Notes under the pieces: model-generated
Seen by the model: the letters and a program-made list of their open reading frames with translations, nothing else
The model's database searches: none
What the model was told of the DNA's origin: nothing
Source of the DNA: Psammoneis japonica
Taxonomy: Eukaryota
NCBI GenBank assembly: GCA_008632985.1
Contig: QPGO01000216.1
Location: forward strand, 62,001-112,295
Length of the DNA stretch: 50,295 nucleotides
Reading direction: 5' to 3'
Part shown: positions 12,262 to 25,639 of the stretch, in pieces
How positions within the stretch are numbered: position 1 is the first letter of the stretch
Layout: every line of letters begins with the position of its first letter
Program-made: the position numbers and the translations under genes

Positions 12262-12540
12262 TGACAGGATTTGAACAGGATTCAGGTGCGCGCGAAATGT
12301 CTCTCGCTATTTTAGTTTGCCGCACACAGTTTTGTGTGCTCTTTAGTTCCGCGCGTACGCATGCGATGTAGTTTGCTTTTGAGCCACATGGCTCACAAGA
12401 ACAACAACAGCAGCCCGATCATGCCAACTTACACGTCTTTTGGCTCCTGCAACAGTCTCTGAACGGAGACTCATCTGCCATTTAGACAGCAGCAAGGAGT
12501 TGTTGTTTGAATTCTTGCCATTTGCCTTCAATTTCTGTCA
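12262..12540 (+). repeat. 3' LTR of copy A
   Basis: Follows PPT AAACTGGGGAG; 279 bp. Confidence 0.95.
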
Positions 12541-15500
12541 GACCAAAAAGATCGACCTGCATTGCTTGCCAGGGTTGGCAAATGGTGTCCGGAAGAGGCA
12601 ATTCGCCACAATTCACGGTCGTGCGCTTGGACTTGGGACATTCTTGGCATTTGCGGACATGCACATGGACTTTCGCTGGAGAGCTGCATCTTTTTTCTGA
12701 TGCTCGGCAATTGTGTCAAAAGTAACGGGGAATGCCGAAGGATCGATTTCCAACAAAGTCATTTCCTCGTAGTCGCTCTGATCAACTTGGATGACAGGGC
12801 AGCGACTTGAAAAATCAGCCACAACATTTTGAGGGCCTGGAAGGCAGTCGAAAGAGCAACCACATTCTTTGAGGAGCAAGCGCCAGTGTTTGACGCGCTC
12901 GGACTTGAATGTTTCGAAAGTGAGGTTCTTGTGATCGCTGAAAAAATAGCATCGATGGCCAAAAAGGATGTTTTTGAAATTTTCAACCGTTTCGACGAGC
13001 AACAGGAGTTCTTTTTCCATCGTTGTGTAATTCTTTTGTGCTGGAGATAATTTTTGGCTGTAGAATGCGATGGGCCATTTGCCATCCTCAAAAACTTGAG
13101 CAATCACAGCACCAAGCTGGCAATCACTCGCATCCAGATAAATCTTGAAAGGTTTGGAAAAGTTGAGGAATCGGAGGAGGATTTCGCGTGCCACAATTTT
13201 TTGCATTTGATTGAAGGCTTGAGCATGGACATCGGTCCACTTGAACTTGACTTTGTCCAAGGACAGCACAGTTAAGGGCATGAGAGTGTGACTGCGTCGG
13301 TGCCACAATTTCTTGCAATGATTCATGAACCCGATGAAACCACGTAGTTGGCGATGGTTTTGAGGGTGAGCAAAGCAAAGTGAGGGTAGAATCTTTTTGT
13401 TTTGAGGGCGAATGCCTTTTGCAGTGACAGCACAGCCCAAGTGGTCCACTGTTTGGGCAGCGACACAGGTTTGTTTGACGTGCACATGGAGATTGCTCTT
13501 GAGCAGTTGCTGGAGGACCAGTTCGAGCCACTGAAGGTGTTGATTGAAGTCGCGCTTTGTAAAAAGAATGATGTTGTCAATGTGGACCATGGCATCTTCC
13601 ATGTCACATAGAAGATCGGCCACACAAGCTTGAAAAATATCGCTTGCTGGCTTAATTCCCTGCAGAAGCCGGTTGTGGCAGCATTTGGCCCAAGGCAGGA
13701 TGACACCACATAATTTTTTCAACTCGTCATCCACTGCGAAGTGACAATAGCCGCGATTTAAGTCTGAGCAAGTTTCGCAAGTGAAACCATCAACTTTCCA
13801 AATGAAATCATTGACAATGGGCAATGGGTGTGGATGTTGCTCAAGACATTTGTTGAGCTTGCGCAGGTCGGAGAGAAAATGGATGCCACCATCTTTTTTT
13901 GGTTGGAAAAGGCAAGGAGCACCCCACGATGAATGTAGACGTCGAGTGACGACGTTGATTTTCTTGAGGTCATCCACCTCTTTGCAAGCCAAAGGACACA
14001 AGGATTGTGGGATGGTGCAGGCTTTTGTGCAATGCGGCCGCGAACCGGGTTTTAAGGTCAAATGAACCAGTTTTCCAGGCACGGCTCCAAGCGCACCATC
14101 AAATGATCCAGGACAGCAACCAAATGGGTCAATCAGCTGATGCTGTTGGTCGGAAGTGAGATGGTTGCATCGTAAAACCATGTCTCAGAAATTGTGCTTG
14201 TCGCAGGCATTGCTTGTCATGCCGCGAACTTGGCGGTTGACAGCGTTTTGGAAAAACTTGGGTAATTCAGCATCACCAGGATGAATCGAATTGACTTCAT
14301 CTTGGTCAAAAGAACCCTTGGATTGCATTGTAAGGGTGACATCATCCCACGTGATTGTTCGATGTTTAAAATCAAAAACGAGTCCCATTTCTGTGGCCGT
14401 TTTTCGTCCGATGATGATGTCATGTTTCCCGACGGCTTTGTCTTCCACACAAGCATCGACGGAAACCTTCTTTGATGGTGTGAAGTCTGGGAACTTCAAG
14501 GTGAGCATTGCGATTTCATGAAGGTTAACGGCACTGTAACGTCCTTTGACAGGAACGTCACACTCACGGATTTTGTGAGGAATTCCGCAAAGAGCCAATC
14601 ACTTCACAAAGTTGCGATTCGTGCTGGTGTCCAGCAAAGCAATGCGAAATTTGTGCATTCCAGAATGAGCATTTATCATCTGGACTCGCGCTTCCATGGC
14701 AAGGTCATCCTCAACCTCCGATTCTGGAAAATCGTCTTGGAGGGAGGCAACATCTTCGAAAATGTCATTGATGTCGTCTGACATGATGCCATCAGCGTCG
14801 TTTGGATTGGAGCGTGCAGCTCTGGAGTCCACATTGTTGTTTTCAACATTTCATGTGCGACTCTGTGTTGGACATCGATGCCCTGGCTTGCTTTGGGAGT
14901 TGTTTTGACGGTTTGGCGCATTGCGATTTGCACGATTCCCCTCACAGTTTTCATGCTCACAACGAATGATGTTGCACTCCTGACCGTTCGGGTGTACAAT
15001 GCCATGGATTGGACATGCTTGTCCTTGGTTGTCGTGATTTCTGTTCCTCGCATTGCAATTCTGACTCTGATTCTGGCCATGACGCGTGTTTTGATCATCA
15101 TCACATCGACTCTGGCTGTTGTCGTGTCGGCTGTTGGCAGATCATTCACATCCACGTCTTTCCATGTGACAGAGACTTTCACAGCATTGAGCTTGATCAT
15201 TCAAGCCAAATTGCAAAGACGGGCTTTAGTTTGTGCTTCAGCCCAAGCTTTGGGTCCACATTTTTGTAAATCATGGATGATTCGGCTTCCGTGAATGATG
15301 GAACCCTTTCGTCTTGACATTGTGATGGAGAAGGCATGATGCCAATCAACTTGTTAAAGCGACGGATTTCATTAACAAATGAGTGGAATGTCTGGTTTCT
15401 GGGCTTCTTAAGACTTTGAAGCCATTCCTTGGTGTCAAGGGCAATTTCTCTGTCCATGTGCTGAAGGAGAAATTCTTCGCGACAAGCATCGAATGTGTCT

Positions 15501-16170
15501 TGGTCGCGGTCCATGCATTGGTCAACAATGTTGTTCCACATGTCTTTTGGTGAACCAGTCATAAGACGGGACACAAGACAGAAACATGGCTGTCCTTCGT
15601 TTGTCCGAGTTCTTGAACGAGGTCATCGAAGTCGGACCAGAAGGCAAGGACATCTTCAGGCTCAGTCGCAAGAGTTTGCGTCCTCAACTGAAGTTTTGGG
15701 CCCATCTGGATTGGCTAGATCAATGGTGCTTTCAAAAGTGACGAATTTGTCTTTGCGTCGCTCTTCTTCAGAGCGCTCAGGATGCTTGAGTTTGAATGGG
15801 CAGTTTTCTGCTGACATGTCTGGTCAGGACAACATGTTGGCAGGTGTGTCTCAAGAGAGATAAATGGATGTTTGGGGAGTGAATTTGCTGTGCCCAATGG
15901 TGCCAGATGGTTGTAAAGCAGTGTTGTTAATTTGACTGTTGCCAATGTTGTGAGAAGAACTGGACAAGATTTGGCTGCTCCGAAAGCTCGTAGAAAAGAC
16001 ACTGAGAAACCATGTGGAAATTGACAGAAAGTAGAATTCGGAAGACATCTAGAAGACTCTGGAGACATGGAGATCTTTCTAGAAAGTGTCATCTTTGACA
16101 CGTTTGACATCTCGTTGACACTTCTTGACATCCACGAATGAATGCACAAATGAAGTGTGGATGACCGTGA
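12541..16170 (-). mobile_element. Ty3/gypsy element G1, decayed; gag-pol ~15817 to 12541; probable 5' LTR remnant ~15912-16170
   Basis: gag (WLQSLKKPR, CPIH..H..EC), PR LLDTSTN, RT SDLRKLN / DLNRGYCHF / HIDN, RH DASD..LGAV / EKELL / SDH, IN VDLFG. The order is PR-RT-RH-IN. LTR boundaries are approximate. Confidence 0.88.
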
Positions 16171-16179
16171 CACTCGGCA

Positions 16180-16245
16180 CTCATAATTTTTGCTTTTCAT
16201 GCTTGATTCTACTTTCATTTGTGCTCATTCTTTGAGCACAGTGCA
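16180..16245 (+). repeat. 3' end fragment of LTR-L
   Basis: Matches ~5022-5087, ending GAGCACAGTGCA. Confidence 0.8.
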
Positions 16246-16429
16246 TTGTGTGTACACACCACAGAAGTTAAAAACACGGAAAATGAAAATTTTAACTGTT
16301 GTGCCTTTGTAAATTCTTCCATGAGCAGGCATGAAATGCATCAGTTCTGCTGGAATCGATTTCCAAGCGGAAGCAGCTCAATCCGAGCAATGCCTCAAGA
16401 TGGAACACTGTTTTTTGTCTACAAGACAA

Positions 16430-17240
16430 GAGGATTCATTCTGATGCAATCCATTCCAAGTGCCTCAGGATCAAGGACTCTACAAGTGCACAGCAGCATC
16501 AAAATGTCTACACCAAGTCATGGTTGGATAGAATTTCAGCTCATGAGTCGACAAGATCCAAGAAATGCATCTGCTGTGCAAGGAGAGACTGTTGGAGAGT
16601 TTTGAGACCAAATCAATGAGCCTCGAGTTCAAGGAGCAAGAAGGAACCATTGGAAAGTGCCTCAAGAGTCTCTTGTCTCATGTCTTTCCAGAAATTACAC
16701 TTCAGAATCAGAGTTGTTATTTTCGAGATGATCTGAAGACACCAAGGGCTCTCAGCAGCAAGAAAGTGCCTGTTAGACCCAAGAGGTCAATGAAGAGCAT
16801 CTGTGTGACCCTTCAATCGATTCTAAGTCGAATCTAGCAGGAAACCAAGCCGTGAGCTGTTGGCCATCACTCACACCGCAAGGATGGCAGCATCAGTCTG
16901 CTGTCCAAAATGATGAACTGCTGGAACGTACTCTTGATGAGCTGATTGAGTTTTGAGTCGTCTAGAAGTCGTTTGTGACATCTGTGACAATGAACCATGT
17001 CAAATCAGGCTCTGACAGCAAAGTTGATTCCAAAACCAAAATGGTTCCAAGTTTGGTTCTGAAAATGGTCTCCTGGATGGTGCCTGAACAATCCAAAGTG
17101 AATGACAGGTGCCATCTTTGAAAAAGGAACACCTGCATCATGGATTGAAGCTGTTCTGAAAATGAAGCAGCAAAAAGAGTGCAAGGGTGGCTCTGAGAGA
17201 GACCCAAAAGTATGATGCTCTAACAGCAATCGCACGTGAT
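16430..17240 (+). pseudogene. Eroded gypsy-type gag fragments
   Basis: LLSHVFPEITLQNQSCYFRDDLKTPR resembles gypsy gag F...Q..Y.R..L.KPR (compare G1 LQSLKKPR). FEKGTPASW near 17110. Confidence 0.45.
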
Positions 17241-17530
17241 GTGACGACAGCAGAAAATGCCTCTGTGAATGAGGAATTGAATGCCACAGTGACTGGGCAG
17301 TTCACAAAAACAATTAAAATGAAATCCTTGGCAAAGGAACATAAAAATAAGAGTGAAAATTACGACTCTAAAACACTCAGTGAATGAAACCATCAATTTG
17401 GAAAAATTGATCCGATCGATTCAGATCAAAAATTTGTGCCACTCAAGGAGTGTAACGCGTTACAGGACGTCTGGCAATCCAGAAAAAACATCATAGTGTG
17501 TCAGAATAGTCCTGTTCTTGCTGTTCACAT

Positions 17531-20500
17531 GAGCACTTGGCTCACAAGAATTTCAACAGCAGCCCGATTATGCCGACTCACACATCTTTCGGCTCCTGCA
17601 ACGGTCTCTGAGCAGAGACTCATCTGCTGTTTAGACAGCAGCAAGGAGTCATTGTTTGAATTCTTGCCATTTGCCTTCAATTTCTGTCAGATTAACAGTC
17701 TTGCTCATTGTCAACCCATTGAGCAACCGCCATCATCGTCGTTGATTTACCGACGATGCCACCTCAATTCTGCGTGGACCTCCGTGTGTGTTCTACGTGT
17801 ACATCGGCAAGTCCACACGCATTCAATGCCAGGCATCAGCAGGAATTTAACGTCACCGTCAAGTCTCCCCACCGCTGGATGTCTGGATTGATTGTGCTGC
17901 CTTTTGTCGCTGAAGACATGCATTCAACGGTTGTGTCCAAGTCCATCCTTGATCCTCATCCCTTGATGTGCCCATTCAACGGTTAACAGTCAAGAACCCT
18001 TTACATTCAAAGTTCTTCGTAGCTGAAGACACACACACACATGTCATCACGGCCAAGAACTTGAACCCACTCTTTGGACCACGGCTTTGCTGCCACTCTA
18101 CAAGCACACCGAGTCCATTGTACCTGATCTACCCCAGACTGCTGGTGCTCCACAGTTCTGCTAGGTCCACGAGGACGACTGTGAGAGCAAGCAGCCGTGA
18201 TTGCAGCCTGCGTTGGGGCGAGGGTGTTTTCCCGCGTTTGTTCGTTCATCCACAGCGCCTGGCGCCTACGTCAACTGGCCAGCCTGATTGGGAAATCCAA
18301 CCGACATAAAATAAGAACGGTTCGGGGGTCTTGTCCACCTCTAGTCAGCTTGCCTGCAGGGGTTTGCAACCCGCTACTCCGCTCGTAAGCAACCCAAAGC
18401 ACCACTGGCTGCGGGTTCGGACGTGCCGGCACAACTCTGCCGACCGGACAGGAAGTTTAGCACTTAACAACGAACGGGACAGCACACCCCAGCGACTTCT
18501 GATTTTAAGATAGTTCAAGACATCAAGTCAAGTCCATTCCCACTCAAGTTTCAAGTCTACCTCCACATCCTAACAAGAATCGCTTGTCCTGGCACTGCTT
18601 TTGTCTGCCATGGTTCTCACCCGTCAGCAACAAACCGATGGTTTTGAGCACGTTGTTGGAACCGTGCTTGCCCAGGGTGCTGGAAGCCCTCTTCGTTTGG
18701 CTTTGACCCACGACGGCACGGACTCGTGCCAAGAACTGTTCACGTTCATACGTTCCCAAATCGACTCGCTTGAGTGCGACAACGGCACTAATGTGATCCC
18801 ATTGCCCCAAGGTTATAAGAACATGTTAGCAGCTCTAGTTAGTCTGCACATTGTCAAAGCACACAAGGGCCTTGATGTCACCAATGACTTTTCGTTGTTC
18901 GCGCATGATGAGTTCCTTGCCTGCCGCCTCAGTCCCGACTGCATGTCTTCTGTGTCCGTCGGCAGCTCACCTCTTGCACCTCTGCACGTCACCAACCCGA
19001 CCAAGGCACGCGACCCAGTGCAAGACTTCAAGCAAGGCATCAAGCGTGACCCCACTGCTTTCACGGCTCTCAAATCCGACAAGCAGTGGCACACTTGGCA
19101 CACCTCACTTGTGGCACAAGCCCGTGCCCAAGACGTCGAGTGCATTCTAGACTCGTTGTACAAACCGACCAGCCCCAAAGACAAACTGCTCTTTGCTGAA
19201 CAGCAAAAGCACTTGTTCGCCATCTTCGAATGCATCCTTCTCACCGACAAGGGCAAAGCTCTCATTCGCGAAAATGTGGGGTCTTCTGACGCCCAGACAG
19301 TCTACCGCGCCTTGTCCGAGCATGCCCTTGCCTCCACCCATGCATCCATCGAGTCCTCCACCTTGCTCACGTACCTCACCACCACATGCCTTGGTGATGG
19401 TACTTGGAAAGGTCCGACCCATGGGTTCATCCTTCATTGGCAGGATCAGCTGCACAAGTGCGAGGCACTCATCCCGGCCAGTGACCACTTCTCTGAAGGA
19501 CAGAAGCGCGTCATGCTGGAGAATGCCATGCATCCTGTCAAGGAACTCTGCGCCATCAAGAACCAAGCTGATCAACATCGCACGCAGAGTGGCAAGAGCC
19601 TCACATGCCATCAATGTTGTGGCTTGCTCCTCTCCGCGGCGGCTCAATGCGACAGCATGCTTCAACCCAAGACGACACCTCGAGCTCCCCACCGCGCCAT
19701 GTGCGCACATGACGTCTGCTCCGAGGAACCATCCGATGATGTGTTCTATGACATCGACAGCAACATTGACGTCCTTCAGGCTGATGCTGCCTACACCCGT
19801 GGTCCCAGCCTCACCGGCGACCAATGGAAACGTCTCCCTCCCGACCACCAACGGATTTGGGATTCATTGCCCAATTCCTCCAAGGCGATCATCCTTGAGC
19901 ATTCTCGTCCACCTCCTTGCAACCCACGAGCCGGCAACTGGCATGAGTCCGTTGTGGTCACCCTTCACGACCAACAACTTGGGAGTGACGGTGATGTCAA
20001 CTTGTCCGCCATGACTCTTGCTGACTCTGGTGATCCTGCTCCGGATGTGGATGCCCCTTCAGGCAATCCCATTCTGGCGCATCTCACCAAGCACAAGCCA
20101 CTGCCACCCGGTGATCTGCAATGCCTATTGTCTCCTGCCCAAGCCCCCAAAGTTAGTCGATCTGGCCCATCCGCCGCTCCCTCTACCTCGCCTGCTCCTC
20201 CAGATGACACAGAACTTAACGGCCGCACTTGCCGCCGCGTTGGTGACCACACTGTCATTTACTCTGCCTCCTCTCATCGCTCCACACGCACTGGTGCTCT
20301 AGTCGATTGTGGAGCCAACGGCGGCATTGCTGGCGACGACGTTCGCATCATTGCATGCACCTCTTGCCAAGTCAATGTTCAGGGCATTGACTGCCATCAA
20401 TTGGTGGACATCCCCATTGTCACCGCTGGTGCCGTCATTGAGACACAGCATGGTCTCATCATCGCCATCCTCCATCAGTGCGCACACACGGGAAAGGGCA

Positions 20501-23500
20501 AGACCATTCATTCCTGTGGCCAGCTCGAATGGTGCAAACACGATGTCAATGATCGCTCTGTCAAGGTGCCCAATGGCTTGCAGCGTATCGCCACCCCTGA
20601 TGCGGCCCTACACTGACGACGAATGGGACACCTGCCACATGTCATCCTTGCCAGTGATGACACATGGGACCCTTCCGTCCTCGATCACTCTGTCACTGAC
20701 GACGACCAGTGGTGCGACACGATCTCTGACCTGCAGGACGATCCCACTGCCAACCCATTTGACGAGTGCGGCAACTGCCGTCACCGTGTCGATGTCAACA
20801 AGGCCATCATGTCCGCCTCCTTGTCTGCCGACCACGCGTCCGCCCTCGATGACCACCTCATCCCAAATGAAGATGTGTTCTACGAGCATCATCTACACGC
20901 GATTGACCCCAAGGACAACGACGTTCCACCTCCGGAGCGCCATGTGCAGCCCAAGGACCCCCCTGCGAGTCTCTTTGGCCCCACTTTGGTTTCCAACCCA
21001 CCAACACGGTTCGTCGTGCTTTCGACTGCACCACGCAATGCGCCCGCATGCCCACCGGTGCGCACCTTAAGAAGGCCTACAAATCACCCAACCCCGCCCT
21101 TGATGTGCACCGCCGCAACGAGCCCATCGCCGCTGACACCGTTTGTGCTGACACCCCGGCCATCGACTCTGGTTGCACCAGCGCCCAATTGTTTGTTGGT
21201 GCCGAGTCTGCCATCACTGACGTCTACGGCACCAAAACCGACAAAGAGTTTGTCAACACACTCGAGGATCAGATCCGTGAGCACGGTGCTCCTTCCAAAC
21301 TCATCAGCGACCGTGCCCAAGTTGAGATCAGCAACAAGGTGCTCGGGATTCTACAAGCCCTCTTCATCTCCAGCTAGCAAAACAAGCCTCACCAGCAACA
21401 CCAAAACTTTGCCGAACGCCGACACCAGACCGTGAAGCGCATGGCAAACACCATCATGGACCGTTTCGGTTCGCCTGCCCACACATGGCTGCTGGCACTC
21501 ATGTGCGTTTGCTTCACACTCAACCACACAGCGTCCCCACGTCTCCACTGGCGCATGCCCCTTGAGACTCTCACTGGCTCCACCCCGGACATCAGCCCAT
21601 TGCTTTGCTTTCACTGGTGGGAACCCGTGTGCTTCCACCTCGATGACTCCGATTGGCCGTCCGAATCCCGTGAGTTGCGTGGACGCTTTGTTGGCATTGC
21701 TGAACACGTCGGCCACCAGATGACCTTTAAGATTCTTTCTGATGACACTCAGAAGATCCTCTGCCGGTCTAATGTACGATCCGCTACCACCGATCCTTCC
21801 ATTCAAAACCTGTGTCTTGATCCTCCTGATGGGGAGCCACCTGAACCCATCATCAAATCTCGCCATGACGACAACCCCGTCGATTCACCTGATGGGGAGA
21901 TCAGGACACCCAAGATGCCAGTTTTCGATCCGCAAGACATCATTGGACGCACCTTCCTCATGCAGCCACAAGAGGATGGACAACACCACAGAGCTCGCAT
22001 CGTCAAGGCCGTCGAAGATCACGACTGGAAAGTGAACAGCAACCCCGAGCTCACTAAGTTCGTCTGCTCTGTCAACAACGACGAATACGAGGAAGTCCTG
22101 GACTACAACGACATCATGAATCACATTGAGCAAGAAGACGAAGACACTGCTGTTTGGAAATTTCGACGCATTGTGTCACACGAAGGACCTCTGAAGCCTC
22201 ATGACCCAACCTGGAAAGGCTCAAGCTACAACATCATGCTTGAATGGGAAAGTGGGGAGATCACGTCCGGGCCTCTTTCCATCATCGCCAAGGACAACCC
22301 TGTCACCTGCGCCATCTATGCACGAGAGGACGGACTTCTCGACACTGATGGCTGGAAGCGGTTCCACACCATCGCAAGGCGCCAGAAGAAGCTGTTCCGC
22401 ATGGCCAACCAAGCCAAGCTTCGCTCCTTCTGCACTGCACCTCGCTACAAGTGCGGATACAAAGTTCCCCGGAACTACAAACACGCCATGTCCCTAGACG
22501 AACGCAACGGCAACCGCAAATGGGGAGACGCAACCAATCTCGAGATGGACCAACTCGATGAATACGAAGTCTTTCATGACTGTGGGCCCTCCGAGTCTTC
22601 CACTCCTCTTGCGGGACACAAGAAGATCCGAGTGCACCTGGTGTACGACGTGAAACACGACGGCCGCCACAAGGCACGACTCGTAGCCGATGGACACCTC
22701 ACGGACGTACCCATCGACAGTGTCTGCTCTGGAGTAGTCTCCCTTTGTGGCCTTTGGCTGATGATTTTCCTGGCCGAACTCAACGAGTTGGAGACATGGG
22801 CCACCGACATTGGCAATGCCCACCTTGAAGCCACCACCAAGGAGAAGCTGTACATTGTAGCTGGACCCGAATTTGGCAAACTCGAAGGCCACATTCTTGT
22901 CATCTACAAGGCCCTGTATGGACTGCACAGCTCCGGCCTCCACTGGCCCGAGCGCTTCGCCGACTGCCTGCGAGCTGAAGGTTTCTTCCCCTGCCGCGCC
23001 GAACCCGACATTTGGATGCACAGGAATGGCGACCACTACGAACATGTTGCCGTTTATGTGGATGACCTCGCCATTGCCATGAAGGATCCTCAATCTTTCG
23101 TCGACACCCTCATGGAAAAGTGCAAGTTCAAGCTCAAAGGTGCGGGACCGATTGAGTTCCATCTAGGCTGCGACTTCTCCCGGGATCCTGACGGCACCTT
23201 GTGTCTGTCTCCGCGCAAGTACATTGAACGCATGGTCGACAGCTGCACACGACTGTTTGGGAAGAAACCTGCCACCAACATCCTGTCCCCTCTGAAAAAG
23301 GGTGACCACCCCGAACTTGACACTTCCGAACTGCTGGAGCACAATGGCATTCAACAGTTCCAGTCTCTTGTCGGTTCCCTCCAATGGGCAGTGTCTCTTG
23401 GTCGAATTGACATCACCACGGCCGTCATGTCACTCTCTGGCTTCCAAGCTGCACCCCGTCAAGGTCACTTGGATCGTGCCAAACGCGTCTGTGGGCACCT

Positions 23501-24454
23501 CTCCAAGATGCGACACGGCGCTCTCCGTGTTCGCACGGAAGAACCCAACTGTTCAGATCTCCCTGCACCGGCCTGTGAATGGATGCATTCCGTGTATGGC
23601 GAAGCAGAGGAGATGATCCCTGAGGATGCTCCACCGCCCCTTGGCAAGTTTGTCACTGCCACCCACTATGTCGATGCAAACCTTGTGTCATTGCATGCTC
23701 ACCGGACGCTCTGTCATGGGAATGCTCCACTTCCTCAACAAATTCCCGGCTGATTGGTTCTCTAAGAAGCAAGCCACAGTGGAGACTGTGACCTGCGGGT
23801 CTGAATTTGTTGCCGCAAGGACTTGTGTCGAGCAGATTATCGACCTGCGCATTACCCTGCATTACTTCGGCGTCCCGATCCGTGACATTAGTTATGTGTT
23901 CAGTGACAACAAGTCGGTTGTGGACAGTGCCACCATCCCGCACTCCAAGTTACACAAGCGACACACCGCTCCATCGTTCCACCATGTGCATGAAGCGATT
24001 GCCTCTGGTTGCCTTGAGTTCCACTTCATCGAAGGCTCCCGCAACCCTGCTGACATTCTCAGCAAGCATTGGGGTTGCTCCCAAATCTGGGACCTTCTCC
24101 ATCCCCTCATGTTTTGGAACTTCATTCCATCTGAAGTCGAATCTGTTTCTGTGACTCCTCAAGCAAACTGGGGAGTGACAGGATTTGAACAGGATTCAGG
24201 TGCGCGCAAAATTTCGCGCGCTGTTTTAGTTTGCTGCACACAGTTTTGTGTGCTCTTTAGTTCCGCGCGTACGTGCACGATGTAGTTTGCTTTTGAGCCA
24301 CATGGCTCACAAGAACAACAACAGCAGCCCGATTGTACCAACTTACACGTCTTTCGGCTCCTGCAACGGTCTCTGAACGGAGACTCATCTGCCATTTAGA
24401 CAGCAGCAAGGAGTTGTTGTTTGAATTCTTGCCATTTGCCTTCAATTTCTGTCA
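17531..24454 (+). mobile_element. Copia family 1 copy B (5' LTR truncated ~17531-17689; gag-pol 18610-24175; 3' LTR 24176-24454)
   Basis: Colinear with copy A, same motifs, with its own deletion at ~20600 and nonsense/frameshift lesions. Confidence 0.93.
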
Positions 24455-24981
24455 GACCAAAAAGATCGACCTGCATTGCTTGCCAGGGTTGGCAAATGGT
24501 GTCCGGAAGAGGCAATTCGCCACAATTCACGGTCGTGCGCTTGGACTTGGGACATTCTTGGCATTTGCAGACATGCGCATGGACTTTCGCTGGAGAGCTG
24601 CATCTTTTTTCTGATGCTCGGCAATTGTGTCAAAAGTAACGGGGAATGCCGAAGGATCGATTTCCAACAAAGTCATTTCCTCGTAGTCGCTCTGATCAAC
24701 TTGGACGACAGGGCAGCGACTTGAAAAATCAGCCACAACATTTTGAGGGCCTGGAAGGTAGTCGAAAGAGCAACCACATTCTTTGAGGAGCAAGTGCCAG
24801 TGTTTGACGCACTCGGACTTGAATGTTTCGAAAGTGAGGTTCTTGTGATCGCTGAAAAAATAGCATCGATGGCCAAAAAGGATGTTTTTGAAATTTTCAA
24901 CCGTTTCGACGAGCGACAGGAGTTCTTTTTCCATCGTTGTGTAATTCTTTTGTGCCGGAGATAATTTTTGGCTGTAGAATG
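24455..24981 (-). repeat. Duplicate of gypsy G1 segment 12541-13067
   Basis: 527 bp, 8 substitutions by eye. Same LTR/flank junction and same internal deletion. Confidence 0.95.
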
Positions 24982-25296
24982 TCGACCTGCACATCACCCT
25001 GCATTACCTCGGCGTCCCGATCCGTGACATCAGTTACATGTTCGGTGACAACAAGTTGGTTGTGGACAGTGCCACAATCCCGCACTCCAAGTTACACAAG
25101 CGACACACCGCTCTATCGTTCCATCATGTGCGTGAGGCGATTGCCTCTGGTTACCTTGAGTTCCACTTCATCGAAGGCTCCCGCAACCCTGCTGACATTC
25201 TTAGCAAGCATTGGGGTCACTCCCAAAGCTGGGACCTTCTCCGTCCCCTCATGTTTTGGAACTTCATTCCATCTGAAGTCGAATCTGTTTCTGTGA
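24980..25296 (+). pseudogene. Copia family 1 RNase H C-terminal fragment
   Basis: FGDNKLVVDSATIPHSKLHKRH...NPADILSKHWG. Confidence 0.9.
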
Positions 25297-25577
25297 CAGA
25301 TCAATCACACAGAATTGATCGGATGTCAAAAAATGCAAATACAATCGTACGATGATGTTGACATCTTATGTGTCAATGTCAATCGTATCCGGACAATCTG
25401 TTGTCACGATCTTATTCTCCGAAAGGCCTCTTGTCTGCAGGGACAGCACAAATGCTTTAGGCCATTGAGAACTTGTTCGGAGAAACCCAAAATGATTGCA
25501 CAGAAACAATTCTCATAATTTTCACTTTTCACACTTGATTCTGCTTTTGTTTGTGCTCGTTCTTCGAGCACAGTGCA
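25294..25577 (+). repeat. LTR-L fragment
   Basis: Aligns with ~4616-4898. Confidence 0.85.
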
Positions 25578-25639
25578 CCACTCTTCGAAGCCGATGTTTC
25601 CAGCTGAATGCCGATCACATTGAAAAATGTGATGCCGTG

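Larger units (their letters stand above)
5480..12540 (+). mobile_element. Ty1/copia (CoDi-type) LTR retrotransposon, family 1 copy A, full length
   Basis: Two 279-bp LTRs TGACAG...CTGTCA, PBS, PPT GGGGAG, PR-IN-RT-RH order. 5-bp TSD GACCG/GACCA lies inside the gypsy integrase DLFGPW motif. Confidence 0.95.

Noticed and set aside
14596..14604. In-frame TGA in gypsy G1 as a readthrough site
   Set aside because: It lies inside the protease just after LLDTSTN and is most simply a CGA->TGA decay.
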